DNA of 62,966 bases, counting the filler, from Thraustochytrium aureum (Eukaryota), in the NCBI GenBank assembly GCA_012862495.1. It is 5 parts of 3 records of this genome, joined end to end, with 100 filler letters (N's around TTAATTAATTAA, not from the genome) between each part and the next. Parts side by side here need not be neighbours in the genome. Positions count along the whole stretch, not along the records: positions 23,284 to 55,240 come from BLSG01000329.1; 4 more parts are not named here. One strand, 5' to 3'. The first letter of the stretch is position 1. Every line of letters starts with the position of its first letter. Position numbers and translations under genes: made by a program. The notes below the pieces were generated by a model, which saw only the letters and a program-made list of their open reading frames with translations, ran no database searches and was not told where the DNA came from. This document shows, in pieces, positions 35,472-46,243 of this stretch.

Positions 35472-36731
35472 CCTACTCCCTTGCTCTCTGCGACGCCCTT
35501 CCGGCGCCAGCCGCGCCTTCGCGCGCGCTGCATGCGTGCGAGTCGGCCGTCGCCGTCCACATCACACGCTAAACCCAACCACAACACCAACACCAACACA
35601 AAACCCAAGAAACGCGCCAAGTGCTGGCGGCGCAGGCCGGTCGGTCCCGCCGGCGCTGCAGCCGATCCTCGCGCCGCAACTGGGCCTCCGCCGTCCGTCC
35701 CGGCGCGCTGCGTCGCTGCGCGGCGGCCTCGAGCGGCGGGAGCGAGCGCGACTGGGGTTTGGCGAAGAATGGAGGCCAATCTGACCGTTTGTACCGTTTC
35801 AACCATCCAGCGATCCACCCACCCATGCACGACGGAGACGAGGAGGAGTCGGCAGGGCGAGGATGGCGAGACGGCGGGGCGGTGCAGTGGCGATGAGTTG
35901 ATCGTCTTCGCCTGGGCATTCTTCCTTCGCAGTGCATCCGACTGCCGCAGGAGGGTTTCCAGGCCTCGAGGCGAACGACAGAATGTGCAGGTGGGCTTCG
36001 CGGTGCTGCCCATGCAGTGGCGACCCGCCCGCGGCCAGTAGGTGCGAAGAAATGGGATGCCCAGCGATATCAGTTCGGCCCATTCATTGCCCGCGCGGCC
36101 GAGCGCGCTCGGTGGGACCCAGTCGTGAGGCAGAGCGACGACAAAGTCGCAACCACGACCGACGCCCGGGTCCCAACGCTCCGCATGATTGCCGCTAGCA
36201 AGTCAAACGAGGAAGAAAGGAGGGACCGCCGCGGTCGGGCATACCGGGCTCGGGCGCACCGGGGGTTGGGCGCCACCGCGGTCGCGCACAGAAACCAGAA
36301 TCGACACAGAACCGCTTGCGCAAGCGCAATCGGTGCGGTGCTGCGCAGGGACGCGTTCCCGCTCGCTGCCGGGCAGGGTTGGATGGCCTTGGCCACGGCC
36401 AAAGGCAAGCATCCGGACCGCTATCTGATCGGCGCCAAGTACCTGCTGATGGGCCGTGGCGAGGGAAGGCAACTGCAAGGAGCAAACCATTGTTTCGCTC
36501 GCCTGAAAGAAAAGGGTTCTTGGTCAACAAATAGAAGCCGGCATCGCGAGGGCAGGAAGCGTCGTCGCCAGGGCAGGCCGCACTGCCTGCCGTTTCCTGC
36601 AACCCTCCTAGCCACAAGCGTGGAGCCCGCCTCATATGACTGAGCAGATGGTTGGCGTCCTGCGCAAGGGGAAGCAGCTGGGCGCAGCAAGGGTAACGCG
36701 AAAGGGGGGTTCTGTATGCATTAACGTGCGC

Positions 36732-37678
36732 CTAGGTCTTCATCGCCTCAAACTTCTGCTCGGCGCTGAGAACGATCTGGTCGACCTTGTCATTGATCTC
36801 GGCAGGCGGGGTCTTGGGATCGAGGAACTTGAGCTCCGTGATCTGCACGATCTCCCTCTCAAGCGCGTTGCGGATGAGCGACCAGGTGATCTTCTTGTCC
36901 GCAGGCGACTCCTCGATGGCCTTGACCGCGTTGTCGTAAAAGTGGACGATCGAGCGCATGATGGCAACGGACTTGTTGAGCGGGCAGGTGTAGTCGTAGT
37001 CGGAGAAGGCGTTCTGCTGCAGAAAGTCCTCGCGAATGATACGGGCCACCTCGAGGGTGAGCTTTTGGTCCTCTGAGAGCGAGTCCTTGCCGACGAGCTG
37101 CACGATCTCAGCGAGCGACGACTCCTCGGAGAGGATGCGCTTGACCGAGTTCTGGAGGCGGCCGTACTCGGGCGCCATCTTCTCGAACATGGGCCCGAGA
37201 ACGTTCATGTACTTTGTGTACGAGATGTTCCAGTTGACGGAGGGAAAGTGCTTGCGCTGCGCGAGCTTCTTGTCGAGGCCCCAAAACACCTGCACGATGC
37301 CGAGGGTGGCCGACGTGACCGGGTCGGAAAAGTCACCACCGGGGGGCGAGACGGCGCCGACGACCGTGATCGAGCCCTCGCGAGTGGGCGAGCCCAGGCA
37401 CGAGACGCGGCCGGCGCGCTCGTAAAAGGCGGCGAGGCGGGCGCCGAGGTAGGCGGGGTAGCCCGAGTCGGCGGGCATTTCTCCGAGGCGGCCGGAGATC
37501 TCGCGCAGAGCCTCGGCCCAGCGCGAGGTCGAGTCGGCCATCATGGCCACGTCCAGGCCCATGTCGCGGTAGTACTCGGCGAGCGTGATGCCGGTGTAGA
37601 TGGAGGCCTCGCGCGCGGCCACGGGCATGTTGCTCGTGTTTGCGACGAGGCAGGTCCGGAGCATGACGGGGTACTCCT
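36732..37678 (-). CDS. VMA1: V-type H+-ATPase catalytic subunit A, 3' half; 5' half in gap 37679-38383
   Basis: [83 protein letters not shown]. Confidence 0.98.
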
Positions 37679-38899
37679 NNNNNNNNNNNNNNNNNNNNNN
37701 NNNNNNNNNNNNNNNNNNNNNNNNNNNNNNNNNNNNNNNNNNNNNNNNNNNNNNNNNNNNNNNNNNNNNNNNNNNNNNNNNNNNNNNNNNNNNNNNNNNN
37801 NNNNNNNNNNNNNNNNNNNNNNNNNNNNNNNNNNNNNNNNNNNNNNNNNNNNNNNNNNNNNNNNNNNNNNNNNNNNNNNNNNNNNNNNNNNNNNNNNNNN
37901 NNNNNNNNNNNNNNNNNNNNNNNNNNNNNNNNNNNNNNNNNNNNNNNNNNNNNNNNNNNNNNNNNNNNNNNNNNNNNNNNNNNNNNNNNNNNNNNNNNNN
38001 NNNNNNNNNNNNNNNNNNNNNNNNNNNNNNNNNNNNNNNNNNNNNNNNNNNNNNNNNNNNNNNNNNNNNNNNNNNNNNNNNNNNNNNNNNNNNNNNNNNN
38101 NNNNNNNNNNNNNNNNNNNNNNNNNNNNNNNNNNNNNNNNNNNNNNNNNNNNNNNNNNNNNNNNNNNNNNNNNNNNNNNNNNNNNNNNNNNNNNNNNNNN
38201 NNNNNNNNNNNNNNNNNNNNNNNNNNNNNNNNNNNNNNNNNNNNNNNNNNNNNNNNNNNNNNNNNNNNNNNNNNNNNNNNNNNNNNNNNNNNNNNNNNNN
38301 NNNNNNNNNNNNNNNNNNNNNNNNNNNNNNNNNNNNNNNNNNNNNNNNNNNNNNNNNNNNNNNNNNNNNNNNNNNNNNNNNNNAGGGCGAGCCGCCGGAG
38401 GACAGAGAGGGAGGGCGAGAGGCGAGAGAGCGAGAGAGAGAGAGAGAGAGAGTGTGAGCGGGAAGGGCGTCTGTCGTTGCGCACAGCATTTTCCCTCCAC
38501 AAATCTTTCCCTGAGGAAACATCGAGGGCAGGCCCGCACGGGCCCGAACTGACGTGGACAAGCGCTAGAGGGTGGATCGAGGGTGGGCAGACACGGGTCC
38601 CGGGCGGCGCTCGGTGATTTCGATTTCGCCGAAACCCGGGGGCTGGCGCGTGTGATGCGCGTTCGATTCTGGGGCGTGCGGGAGTCGGTCGCTGCGGAAG
38701 GCGGGCGATTGATGGGGTTCGGGGAAATCGGCGAAACGGAGGGATGCTCCACGAATCGGGCTGGTTTAAGGCGGGTAGTGAGCGTCGGTTCGAAGGCGGA
38801 GGCGTCGGTCGAAGCGCGCTTCCTCGCGGAGAGGGGCTGAGAGTTAAGGGGGATTGGCCGGCTGTTGCCTGCACAGGAGGCGGCAGTCACCTTCGCACC

Positions 38900-38901
<2 letters not shown>

Positions 38902-38930
<29 letters not shown>
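38902..38930 (+). repeat. (CAG)n microsatellite upstream of V-ATPase c
   Basis: About 9-10 CAG units. Confidence 0.9.
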
Positions 38931-38932
<2 letters not shown>

Positions 38933-39052
38933 CGCCCGCAGCAGCAGAGGACGCGCGCCTGCCTGTCTAGTGAGCCGCCGCATCAGAGGATCCTGAGCAG
39001 CAGCATCCGCCGCACGAGCAATCGGACGTAGCGCGCCACTCTCCTTGCAAGG

Positions 39053-39834
39053 ATGTCCGTCTCCCAGGCTGATGTGCTCAACAGGTAAGTTGGCTCGGAG
39101 AGCAGCGCAGATGCCGCCCCTCCTGCGGAGCGCTGGATCGCAGCTGGACGCGCCCCCCCCTCGACGGGGAGCGCTGGATCGCAACTGCAGGCCTCCGGCG
39201 CCGCCGCTGACTGTCGCGCCCCGTTGCTGCTGCGCAGCCTGACCGGCCCTTCGGCCTACTTTTTCGGCTTCATGGGCGCCGCCTCTGCCCTTGTGTTCGC
39301 CAACCTCGGCACGGCCTACGGGACCGCCAAGGCTGGCGTCGGCATTCTGTACGTTTTCTCGCCACGCTTGCAGCTTGCGCTTTCTGTCCCGGCGTGCGCT
39401 CGGCAGCTGACGTGCGTTCGCGCCAATTTGCCAGCTCGATGGGCGTGCTCAACCCGGGCCTCGCCATGAAGAACATCATCCCCGTGATTATGGCTGGTGT
39501 GTTCGGTATCTACGGTCTCATCGTCGCCATTCTGATTGCGGACACCATCACCTCGCCTGCCGAGCCGACAGCAGTCGACGGTGGCTTTGCAGCTTGCGCG
39601 TCTGCCACCGACTGCTACACTTATGCTAGCGCATTCCGCGGCCTCGCCTCGGGTCTCTGCTGTGGCATCAGCGGCCTTGCCGCGGGCATGGCCATTGGCA
39701 TCGTCGGTGACGCTGGTGTCCGCGCCGTGGGCCAGCAAGAGCGCATGTACGTTGTGATGATTCTGATCCTCATTTTCGCCGAGGCTCTTGCTCTCTACGG
39801 CCTTATCGTCGCTCTCGTGCTGTCACAGGGCTAG
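39053..39834 (+). CDS. VMA3: V-type H+-ATPase 16-kDa proteolipid subunit c; exons 39053-39084, 39238-39348 and 39435-39834
   Basis: [85 protein letters not shown] (essential Glu). Introns 39085-39237 and 39349-39434. Confidence 0.97.
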
Positions 39835-40252
39835 AGATAGGGTCTGGGCGCTGCGTCGCCTTCGAACCTAGCCCTGGCTGCTTTGTCCAGCGTGATGGTG
39901 GACCTGGTCGTGGTAGTGCCTGTCCGCAACATAACGAAACGCCTTTTCCCCCTTCCGTCCGCGTAGCAACCGCTCGCTGCCCTGCCTCTGCACCGCCAGA
40001 GCCAGCCCAGCGCGCCCAGCTCCGCCAGCACCAAGCCGCGAGCCTGCATCCGCCCGCCAGGCAGGATTCTGCTCCTGCCGGCACCTCGGGGCATCCCCCA
40101 TCGCGCCCCACGCCCTGGCAGCGCGGTACCTCCCACGAAACAAGCCCCCCCATGTCACGTCAGCGTTTCCCGTGTTTACGCCGAGGCGAGGAGGACAAGC
40201 TGCCCGGGGAGACAGACGCACGAGGCGCCTGCAGAGCAGCAACAGGCACAGC

Positions 40253-40254
<2 letters not shown>

Positions 40255-40303
<49 letters not shown>
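40255..40303 (+). repeat. (CAG)n microsatellite upstream of V-ATPase G
   Basis: About 16 CAG units, before a 5'-UTR intron at 40361-40489. Confidence 0.92.
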
Positions 40304-40304
<1 letters not shown>

Positions 40305-40494
40305 GGAGGCAGCCAGCGGAGCGAGCGAGCGAGGGGCAGACCGCGCGCGGCGCTCGACAGGTAAGTAGTTCGGGAGCGCGCGGGCGAGGGAGGGAGGCGT
40401 CCAGGAGGGCGGCGAGGGAGACCCAGTTGCGCTGGGTGCGCGCGAGCGGGCTTGCCGCGAACCTGCCTGACGGACGCCGAGCGACGCAGAGACG

Positions 40495-40842
40495 ATGGCG
40501 GACATGGTCAAGCTGAAGAAGGCCGAGGAGGAGGCCACCAAGCAGGTCGATGCGGCCCGCAAGGACCGCGCGGCGACCCTGCGCAAGGCCAAGGCCGAGG
40601 CCGAGGCCGAGATCAAGGCCTACAGGCAGACGCAGATGGCCAAAATCGAGGAGCTCAAGGCCAAGCACTCGAACGACCAGGGCAAGCTGGAAGAGCTGTC
40701 GGCCAAGACCGACGCGGATATCGAGCAGCTCAAGGCCGACGTCAAGAACAACCAGCAGGCTGTCATCGACCGCCTGATCCAGGTGACGACGACGGTCAAC
40801 CTCACCGTGCCCGAGGCGCGCAAGGGCATCAAGTGCAAGTGA
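40495..40842 (+). CDS. VMA10: V-type H+-ATPase subunit G (115 aa)
   Basis: L.KAEEEA.K.V..ARK.R...LR.AK.EA..EI..YR and N...VI..L...VT.V signature; size typical of subunit G. Confidence 0.88.
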   Translation: MADMVKLKKAEEEATKQVDAARKDRAATLRKAKAEAEAEIKAYRQTQMAKIEELKAKHSNDQGKLEELSAKTDADIEQLKADVKNNQQAVIDRLIQVTTTVNLTVPEARKGIKCK

Positions 40843-41015
40843 GCGACCTTGCGCGTCGTGCGCCATTTCGAATTCTCCAAATATGCAAGTGGAAGGCTGT
40901 CTGATACCAACGACTCTGTTTTGTGCTTGTGCCGTCATCGCTCGCCTGAGAGAGCGCCAGAGTCCAAGCAGCGCAGCGCAGCCGCAGCGCAGCCGCAGCG
41001 CAGCCGGCCCGGGCC

Positions 41016-42168
41016 CTACTGCGCTGACTCGCTCTTCGGCGCCACCCTGCGTATGAGCCCGCTGCCGCTGAGACCCTCGAAAAAGAAAAAGTTGTTCACC
41101 GGGTCGTCCTTGCCGGAAATGGCCTTGATCAGCTCCTGGCCGACAATTCCGCCAACAACTGCGCAGACCGGCGAGATCTCGACGTGCGCCGCCGCGGCCA
41201 CCGCCGTCTCCACCACGCCCCGCGGATCGACGAGCGCAGCGAGAGCCTCCCCGCTCAGGCCAGCCCCAGCAGCGAGGGCCTCGAGTGCCTCTTTGGCCTC
41301 CTGCTCCGATACCTCGCTCTTGCCGCCGAGGTGCCGCACGACGTGCAGGGCGAAGAGCGCCTCTGTCGCAAACATTGTGTTGTGCCGCGCCGCCTTGCTG
41401 CGGCGACGCGGCCGAAGCGCCACGCTTATCTCGTCCAGTCCTACGCCCAGCGCTTCGCTGAGCGTGCAATACCTCACTGTTTTGGGCGCGTATCGCGCCA
41501 GGCGTTCGCCGTCGGCGTTCTCTTCTTGCGTGAGCTCCTTGATGAGCACAGTGTGCTCTGCGCCGAGGTCGCAGAACATCAAGGCGTTGAATCCGCACGA
41601 CGTGCAGCTGAAAAACGGCACGCCGCCAGCGCGGCACAGGGCGTTGATGTGTTGCTGGTCCGCAATGGACAAGTTGGCAGCGCACACGCAGGAGACGCCG
41701 CTGTTCGTGAGGTCCTCCAACGTCAAGGCTGAGGCCTCCTTCGTCACCGTCTGGACTTGCACGAGCGGATTCAGCTCGCGGATCCTGACCGCGCCAGCCT
41801 CCGCGCGCTACGCCAGCCCGAACCTGTTAGTGAGTGCTGCGATGTACGCCGGTGACTCGGGCCAGCCTGTGCGCTTACGTTGGCCCCCACATCCTCGCTG
41901 CGCAGGAAAAAGTTGCCACCCAGGTCCACGTGAGCGACTGTGCTGCTGTCCTGGAGGGTTACGTTCACGCCGCTCAACACAAGGTTTTTACAGATCTGTG
42001 CCGCTCGCCGTTGCGTCAGCCAGCCAGTGAGTCAGCCGACCCAGGGCCGCGGTCTTCGCGCCGGCGGACTCACCTCCGCGTTCAGAGTCCCAAACCCGCA
42101 AAACAGAATCCTCGAGCTCCTCATTCGCCTCTGCGCCTCGACCCCTGCCAAGCCAGCACGATCAGCCA
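41016..42168 (-). CDS. SAE1: SUMO-activating enzyme subunit 1 (Aos1/SAE1, ThiF family), 5'-partial
   Basis: G.EAQRRMRSSRIL.CG..TLNAE|ICKNLVLSGV, RELNPLV.V, EISPVCAVVGGIVGQELIKAISGKD.PVNNFFFF. Introns 41996-42073 and 41808-41878. Confidence 0.9.
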
Positions 42169-42923
42169 NNNNNNNNNNNNNNNNNNNNNNNNNNNNNNNN
42201 NNNNNNNNNNNNNNNNNNNNNNNNNNNNNNNNNNNNNNNNNNNNNNNNNNNNNNNNNNNNNNNNNNNNNNNNNNNNNNNNNNNNNNNNNNNNNNNNNNNN
42301 NNNNNNNNNNNNNNNNNNNNNNNNNNNNNNNNNNNNNNNNNNNNNNNNNNNNNNNNNNNNNNNNNNNNNNNNNNNNNNNNNNNNNNNNNNNNNNNNNNNN
42401 NNNNNNNNNNNNNNNNNNNNNNNNNNNNNNNNNNNNNNNNNNNNNNNNNNNNNNNNNNNNNNNNNNNNNNNNNNNNNNNNNNNNNNNNNNNNNNNNNNNN
42501 NNNNNNNNNNNNNNNNNNNNNNNNNNNNNNNNNNNNNNNNNNNNNNNNNNNNNNNNNNNNNNNNNNNNNNNNNNNNNNNNNNNGGCTCGCTCGCTCGCTC
42601 GCTCGCCGGCCACGCAATAGCAAGCAAGGCCCCGGAGAGAGGCTCGCGCCCTTGTCGCCGCCTGCCGGGTCGCGAGCGGGCGCCGCCGAGCCTTGCTGCA
42701 CTGCCAGGTCGCTCGTGTGTTTTGGATGAAAAATGGTGCGTCAACTCTGGTCGCTGGAGCACGGCCCTGGACGAGGACCATGTCATGCGCGGCCGCCGAT
42801 GCTGTGCTCCGGGACTTGTGCTGCAGCTGCAGCGCGCTGCTCGGGGCTGCCTGCGCGGGGATCGGGATCGGCTCAAGTGTAAACGGCGCTTTGGAGGCTA
42901 GTGGTTGGTGTCGCTCGACTTTG

Positions 42924-44633
42924 CTACTCGACGTGAACCGCGGCCAGCTTTCCGCTGGCTTGCGTGACGTCCGCCATGCGGTTCGTGGCGCGAGCGCCAG
43001 TGCTGCGCCCTCCGAACGTGGCGAAACGACCGCTGACGGTGGTCGAGATGCCCGCGAACCTCGACTTGCGCAACGTGTTCATCTTGCGCAAAAGCGGTCG
43101 CGGGGCTACTGCGCTGCGGCTCGGGACGTCGCTGGACACCTGCTGCTCGCCAAAGCAAAGCAAGCGCGATGTTTTGTTGATCCCAGACTCCCAGCTGAAA
43201 GCGATGTGGCCATCCGAGAAAAGCGAGATGAGCCAGAGGATGATGAATACAAACGTCTGGTACGGCACAAGCATCGGCAGGCACGCCACCCAAGCGACCA
43301 CGGCCAGCACGGCGCAGACTCGCCAGTCCGTGCACAGGTTGGACAGCATCTTCTCGAGCAGAGGGGGGACCTGGAGGGCTGCGAGCTGCTGCGCGAGCTG
43401 CTGGTTGGCGCTAGTTGTCCTGTGCCCCGAGATCCGCGCCGGGCCCGACCCGTTCGGGCTCCCAACTGCCAGCGGCGAACCCATCATCGATTCCCCTGAC
43501 TCGAGCTTGAGCAGGTTTGGGCTAGTTGGCGATTTGTTCAGCTGGAGGCCTGTGCTCGAGCGGAGGATGGACTTCTCGTCCCCAGAGTTTGACATGCTGG
43601 ATTCAATCGTCTCCTGGTCGTGCGACAAGCGCTTGGAGAGCGAAACGTGAGAGAGTGCGCTCGCAAGCCTATTGAGGGTCCTCTTGATGGAGCTTACCAC
43701 TTTGGCATGCACAAACACGAGCCGGCCCCACACAATAAACTCGAGGCCCCGACAACAGAGGTACCCGAGCGCTAGAGCACGAGGGTCGCCGTCGTCGTAG
43801 TCGCCATCGCCGTCGTGGTCGTCACTTATGATGCCATTTGCTAAGAGCACTTCAACCGGATGGCGCAGCGTATGCGCCCGGACCAAGAGCTCCAAAAACA
43901 CCACGCTTGCAATTCGGCAACCGAAAGCGGCCCAATACGCCGCCCCTGTTGCCCTTTGCAGGCTCCGCTGCCTCAGCGGCGGGAGCTCTGCCACCCCAAC
44001 GAGCGGCACAAGCGCTCTCGTGCGCGCCTCGAGCAGGAATGCAGCGTCCACCAGGCTCAGAAGCATGACCAGGCGCGTTGCGACGGCGTCCACGCCAACT
44101 TGTCCAGCGGTGACGAGGAGGAAGACCGCCGTAAAGAACTGCAATGGGGCCCAAATGCCCAGCAGTTTTGCAAGCGTCCAGATGTGTTTGCGCCGAACGC
44201 GACCGTGCGATTCTCGCAAGTTTCGCAGCCCGTTCCAAATGGCCACGGCGGCGTTGCTTTGGACAATGTTTTCGGTTTTCGCGCCTTTGCGCGCCGCCGC
44301 GTTCATTATCCCGCTCCCTCTGCTGTCCTTCCGACGCAGCTCCAGCAAAATGGCGCTGAGCAAAAATGCCACAAGCCGCAGTACGCCGAACGCGATGAGG
44401 CACCAGCCGAGCTTGTCCAAAAATACTGGTAGGTGGCAGTCGCGTTTGTCAAAACTGATCAGAAAGGAGCGCCCGGTCCACCCTGGGTCGCACACGCACT
44501 GAAATAAGTCATACTGCTCACCATCGCCGTCAGTCACTGTTGACCGTGCGCATTCGCCATTTCCAGAACATGCTCCTGTCGCGTCTGGGTCGCAATACAT
44601 AAACATTCTCAGCACTTGGCTAGAGTTGGCCAT
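42924..44633 (-). CDS. Membrane protein with an N-terminal EGF-like domain and about 7 predicted hydrophobic helices (569 aa)
   Basis: C.....ACSGNGEC...CVCDPGWTG...DC, followed by multiple hydrophobic stretches, a long Ser-rich loop before the last two helices and a basic C-tail. Confidence 0.7.
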   Translation of the reverse strand: MANSSQVLRMFMYCDPDATGACSGNGECARSTVTDGDGEQYDLFQCVCDPGWTGRSFLISFDKRDCHLPVFLDKLGWCLIAFGVLRLVAFLLSAILLELRRKDSRGSGIMNAAARKGAKTENIVQSNAAVAIWNGLRNLRESHGRVRRKHIWTLAKLLGIWAPLQFFTAVFLLVTAGQVGVDAVATRLVMLLSLVDAAFLLEARTRALVPLVGVAELPPLRQRSLQRATGAAYWAAFGCRIASVVFLELLVRAHTLRHPVEVLLANGIISDDHDGDGDYDDGDPRALALGYLCCRGLEFIVWGRLVFVHAKVVSSIKRTLNRLASALSHVSLSKRLSHDQETIESSMSNSGDEKSILRSSTGLQLNKSPTSPNLLKLESGESMMGSPLAVGSPNGSGPARISGHRTTSANQQLAQQLAALQVPPLLEKMLSNLCTDWRVCAVLAVVAWVACLPMLVPYQTFVFIILWLISLFSDGHIAFSWESGINKTSRLLCFGEQQVSSDVPSRSAVAPRPLLRKMNTLRKSRFAGISTTVSGRFATFGGRSTGARATNRMADVTQASGKLAAVHVE

Positions 44634-45860
44634 CGCGCCAAGGGCGCTTCCGACGCAGAACCCCTTCCTCCGTGCGGCGGCCACNNNNNNNNNNNNNNNN
44701 NNNNNNNNNNNNNNNNNNNNNNNNNNNNNNNNNNNNNNNNNNNNNNNNNNNNNNNNNNNNNNNNNNNNNNNNNNNNNNNNNNNNNNNNNNNNNNNNNNNN
44801 NNNNNNNNNNNNNNNNNNNNNNNNNNNNNNNNNNNNNNNNNNNNNNNNNNNNNNNNNNNNNNNNNNNNNNNNNNNNNNNNNNNNNNNNNNNNNNNNNNNN
44901 NNNNNNNNNNNNNNNNNNNNNNNNNNNNNNNNNNNNNNNNNNNNNCCGATGCCTGTCAAAGTCACGGAGTGTTGCGCCTCCGCTTTCGTTCGTAACACAC
45001 GCCCCGCAGGACAGAATACTCCTGGGCGCCGCCGCGCGCGTGCCGCTCGCGTGGCCGCGTTTGCCCGCCGAGGTGGCACACAAAATCAAAAGCGCTCGAC
45101 TTGCTGGCGCGCCCTTACGGACGCAGAAGCTCTTCGTGAAAGCAAGGAGGAGGGAGGCATGTGGAGCGGCATGCCTCGCGCGCAAGTCTCTCGCACCGGA
45201 TATATTGCAGCCTAACCCAACCTAACCACTCGCGGCTGCCTTGGGGTTTGAGGCTGGACTGGGTGGCGCGGAAAACCAAGCGCGCCGCTGGCGATGAGGG
45301 CGCGGAGGGTGCGTAGGAAGGGCGGCCGTCATTGCCGCTGGGTTTTGTTATTCGGTCTTCTTCGGCCTCGTCGTTTTCCGTCGAAAAGGAATGCACCGCG
45401 CTTTCGCCCACGCCCGCAAGGCAACTTGTGGATTGAGGCACCATTGTTTGGCGAGCACAACCCCACGCTCGGCACTGGCCCTGCTCGCTCTTGAAAGAAC
45501 GCTGCAGCGCCTGGCTGCGCGGCGCTGGTTCACAATCACCACCAATGTCGTTCTCGTTGTTGGAAAATCTGAACGTAGTTCAACGGAACTCTGGAGGCCG
45601 ATGACATCATCGAGGCAGGGTCCTGGCACACAGCCCAAAAGTGCCCGGGTGGGGAAATGACGTCATCTTACATGCAAGAGAAAAGCACATGGGCATTTAT
45701 TTTATGCCTGGAGAATGTTACCGATAGGACTGGGAAAACCGACACTTTTGGAGCCCACGAGCAGCAGACCAGGAACGGCACCACGCGGGAGGGAGCCGGC
45801 TCAGCGGAGAGTCGCTCAAGCGCGCCGCGATACCGCGCAGAAATCGTCTGCCGATTGCGC

Positions 45861-45887
45861 GGCTGGCTGGCTGGCTGGCTGGCTGGC
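45861..45887. repeat. (GGCT)n microsatellite
   Basis: About 6-7 units. Confidence 0.85.
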
Positions 45888-46243
45888 TCGGTGCCTCGGT
45901 GGCTGGCGGACGGCTTGGAATTTCGTTCGGGTTGCTGCGAAACCCAACCCTCGACTTCGCTAGAGGCGCCGCTCCTCCGGCGGCCAGGAAGACCTACCGC
46001 TCGAGCGCCGTAGAGCGCTGCTGGACGGCGCAAGGGAGAGCGACGGTATCGGGCTGCGCGAGAGTGAGGTCGTTCTGGTAGCCGCGCTGGGGGCTGAAGA
46101 GCCACGACGGTTTTTGTAAAAGAGCCAAGGACGACCAAACGAAGGAAGAACGCAAAAGCGTTGGAAACGAAATACACCAACCAGGGCCGTGGCCGAGCGC
46201 AAGGGCGCAGGGCGCGGCGCGCGCTGAACCGCGCCCAGGAATC

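Noticed and set aside
35480..36730. Protein gene between the vWA gene and V-ATPase A (ORFs 36017-36643 and 35319-36041)
   Set aside because: The translations are Arg/Ala/Pro-rich and GC-driven, without motifs or host-like codon bias.
37679..38383. N-terminally truncated V-ATPase A (the 705-N gap is shorter than the ~300 missing codons)
   Set aside because: Gap lengths are estimates, and the visible half is highly conserved, so truncation cannot be inferred.
2867..40842. Window-wide endomembrane/vacuole supercluster (mannosidase, VPS2, TRAPPC10, ZIP, V-ATPase)
   Set aside because: These functions are common, unrelated genes are interspersed, and an artificial linker at 23184-23283 breaks the linkage. 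Only the A-c-G trio is retained.
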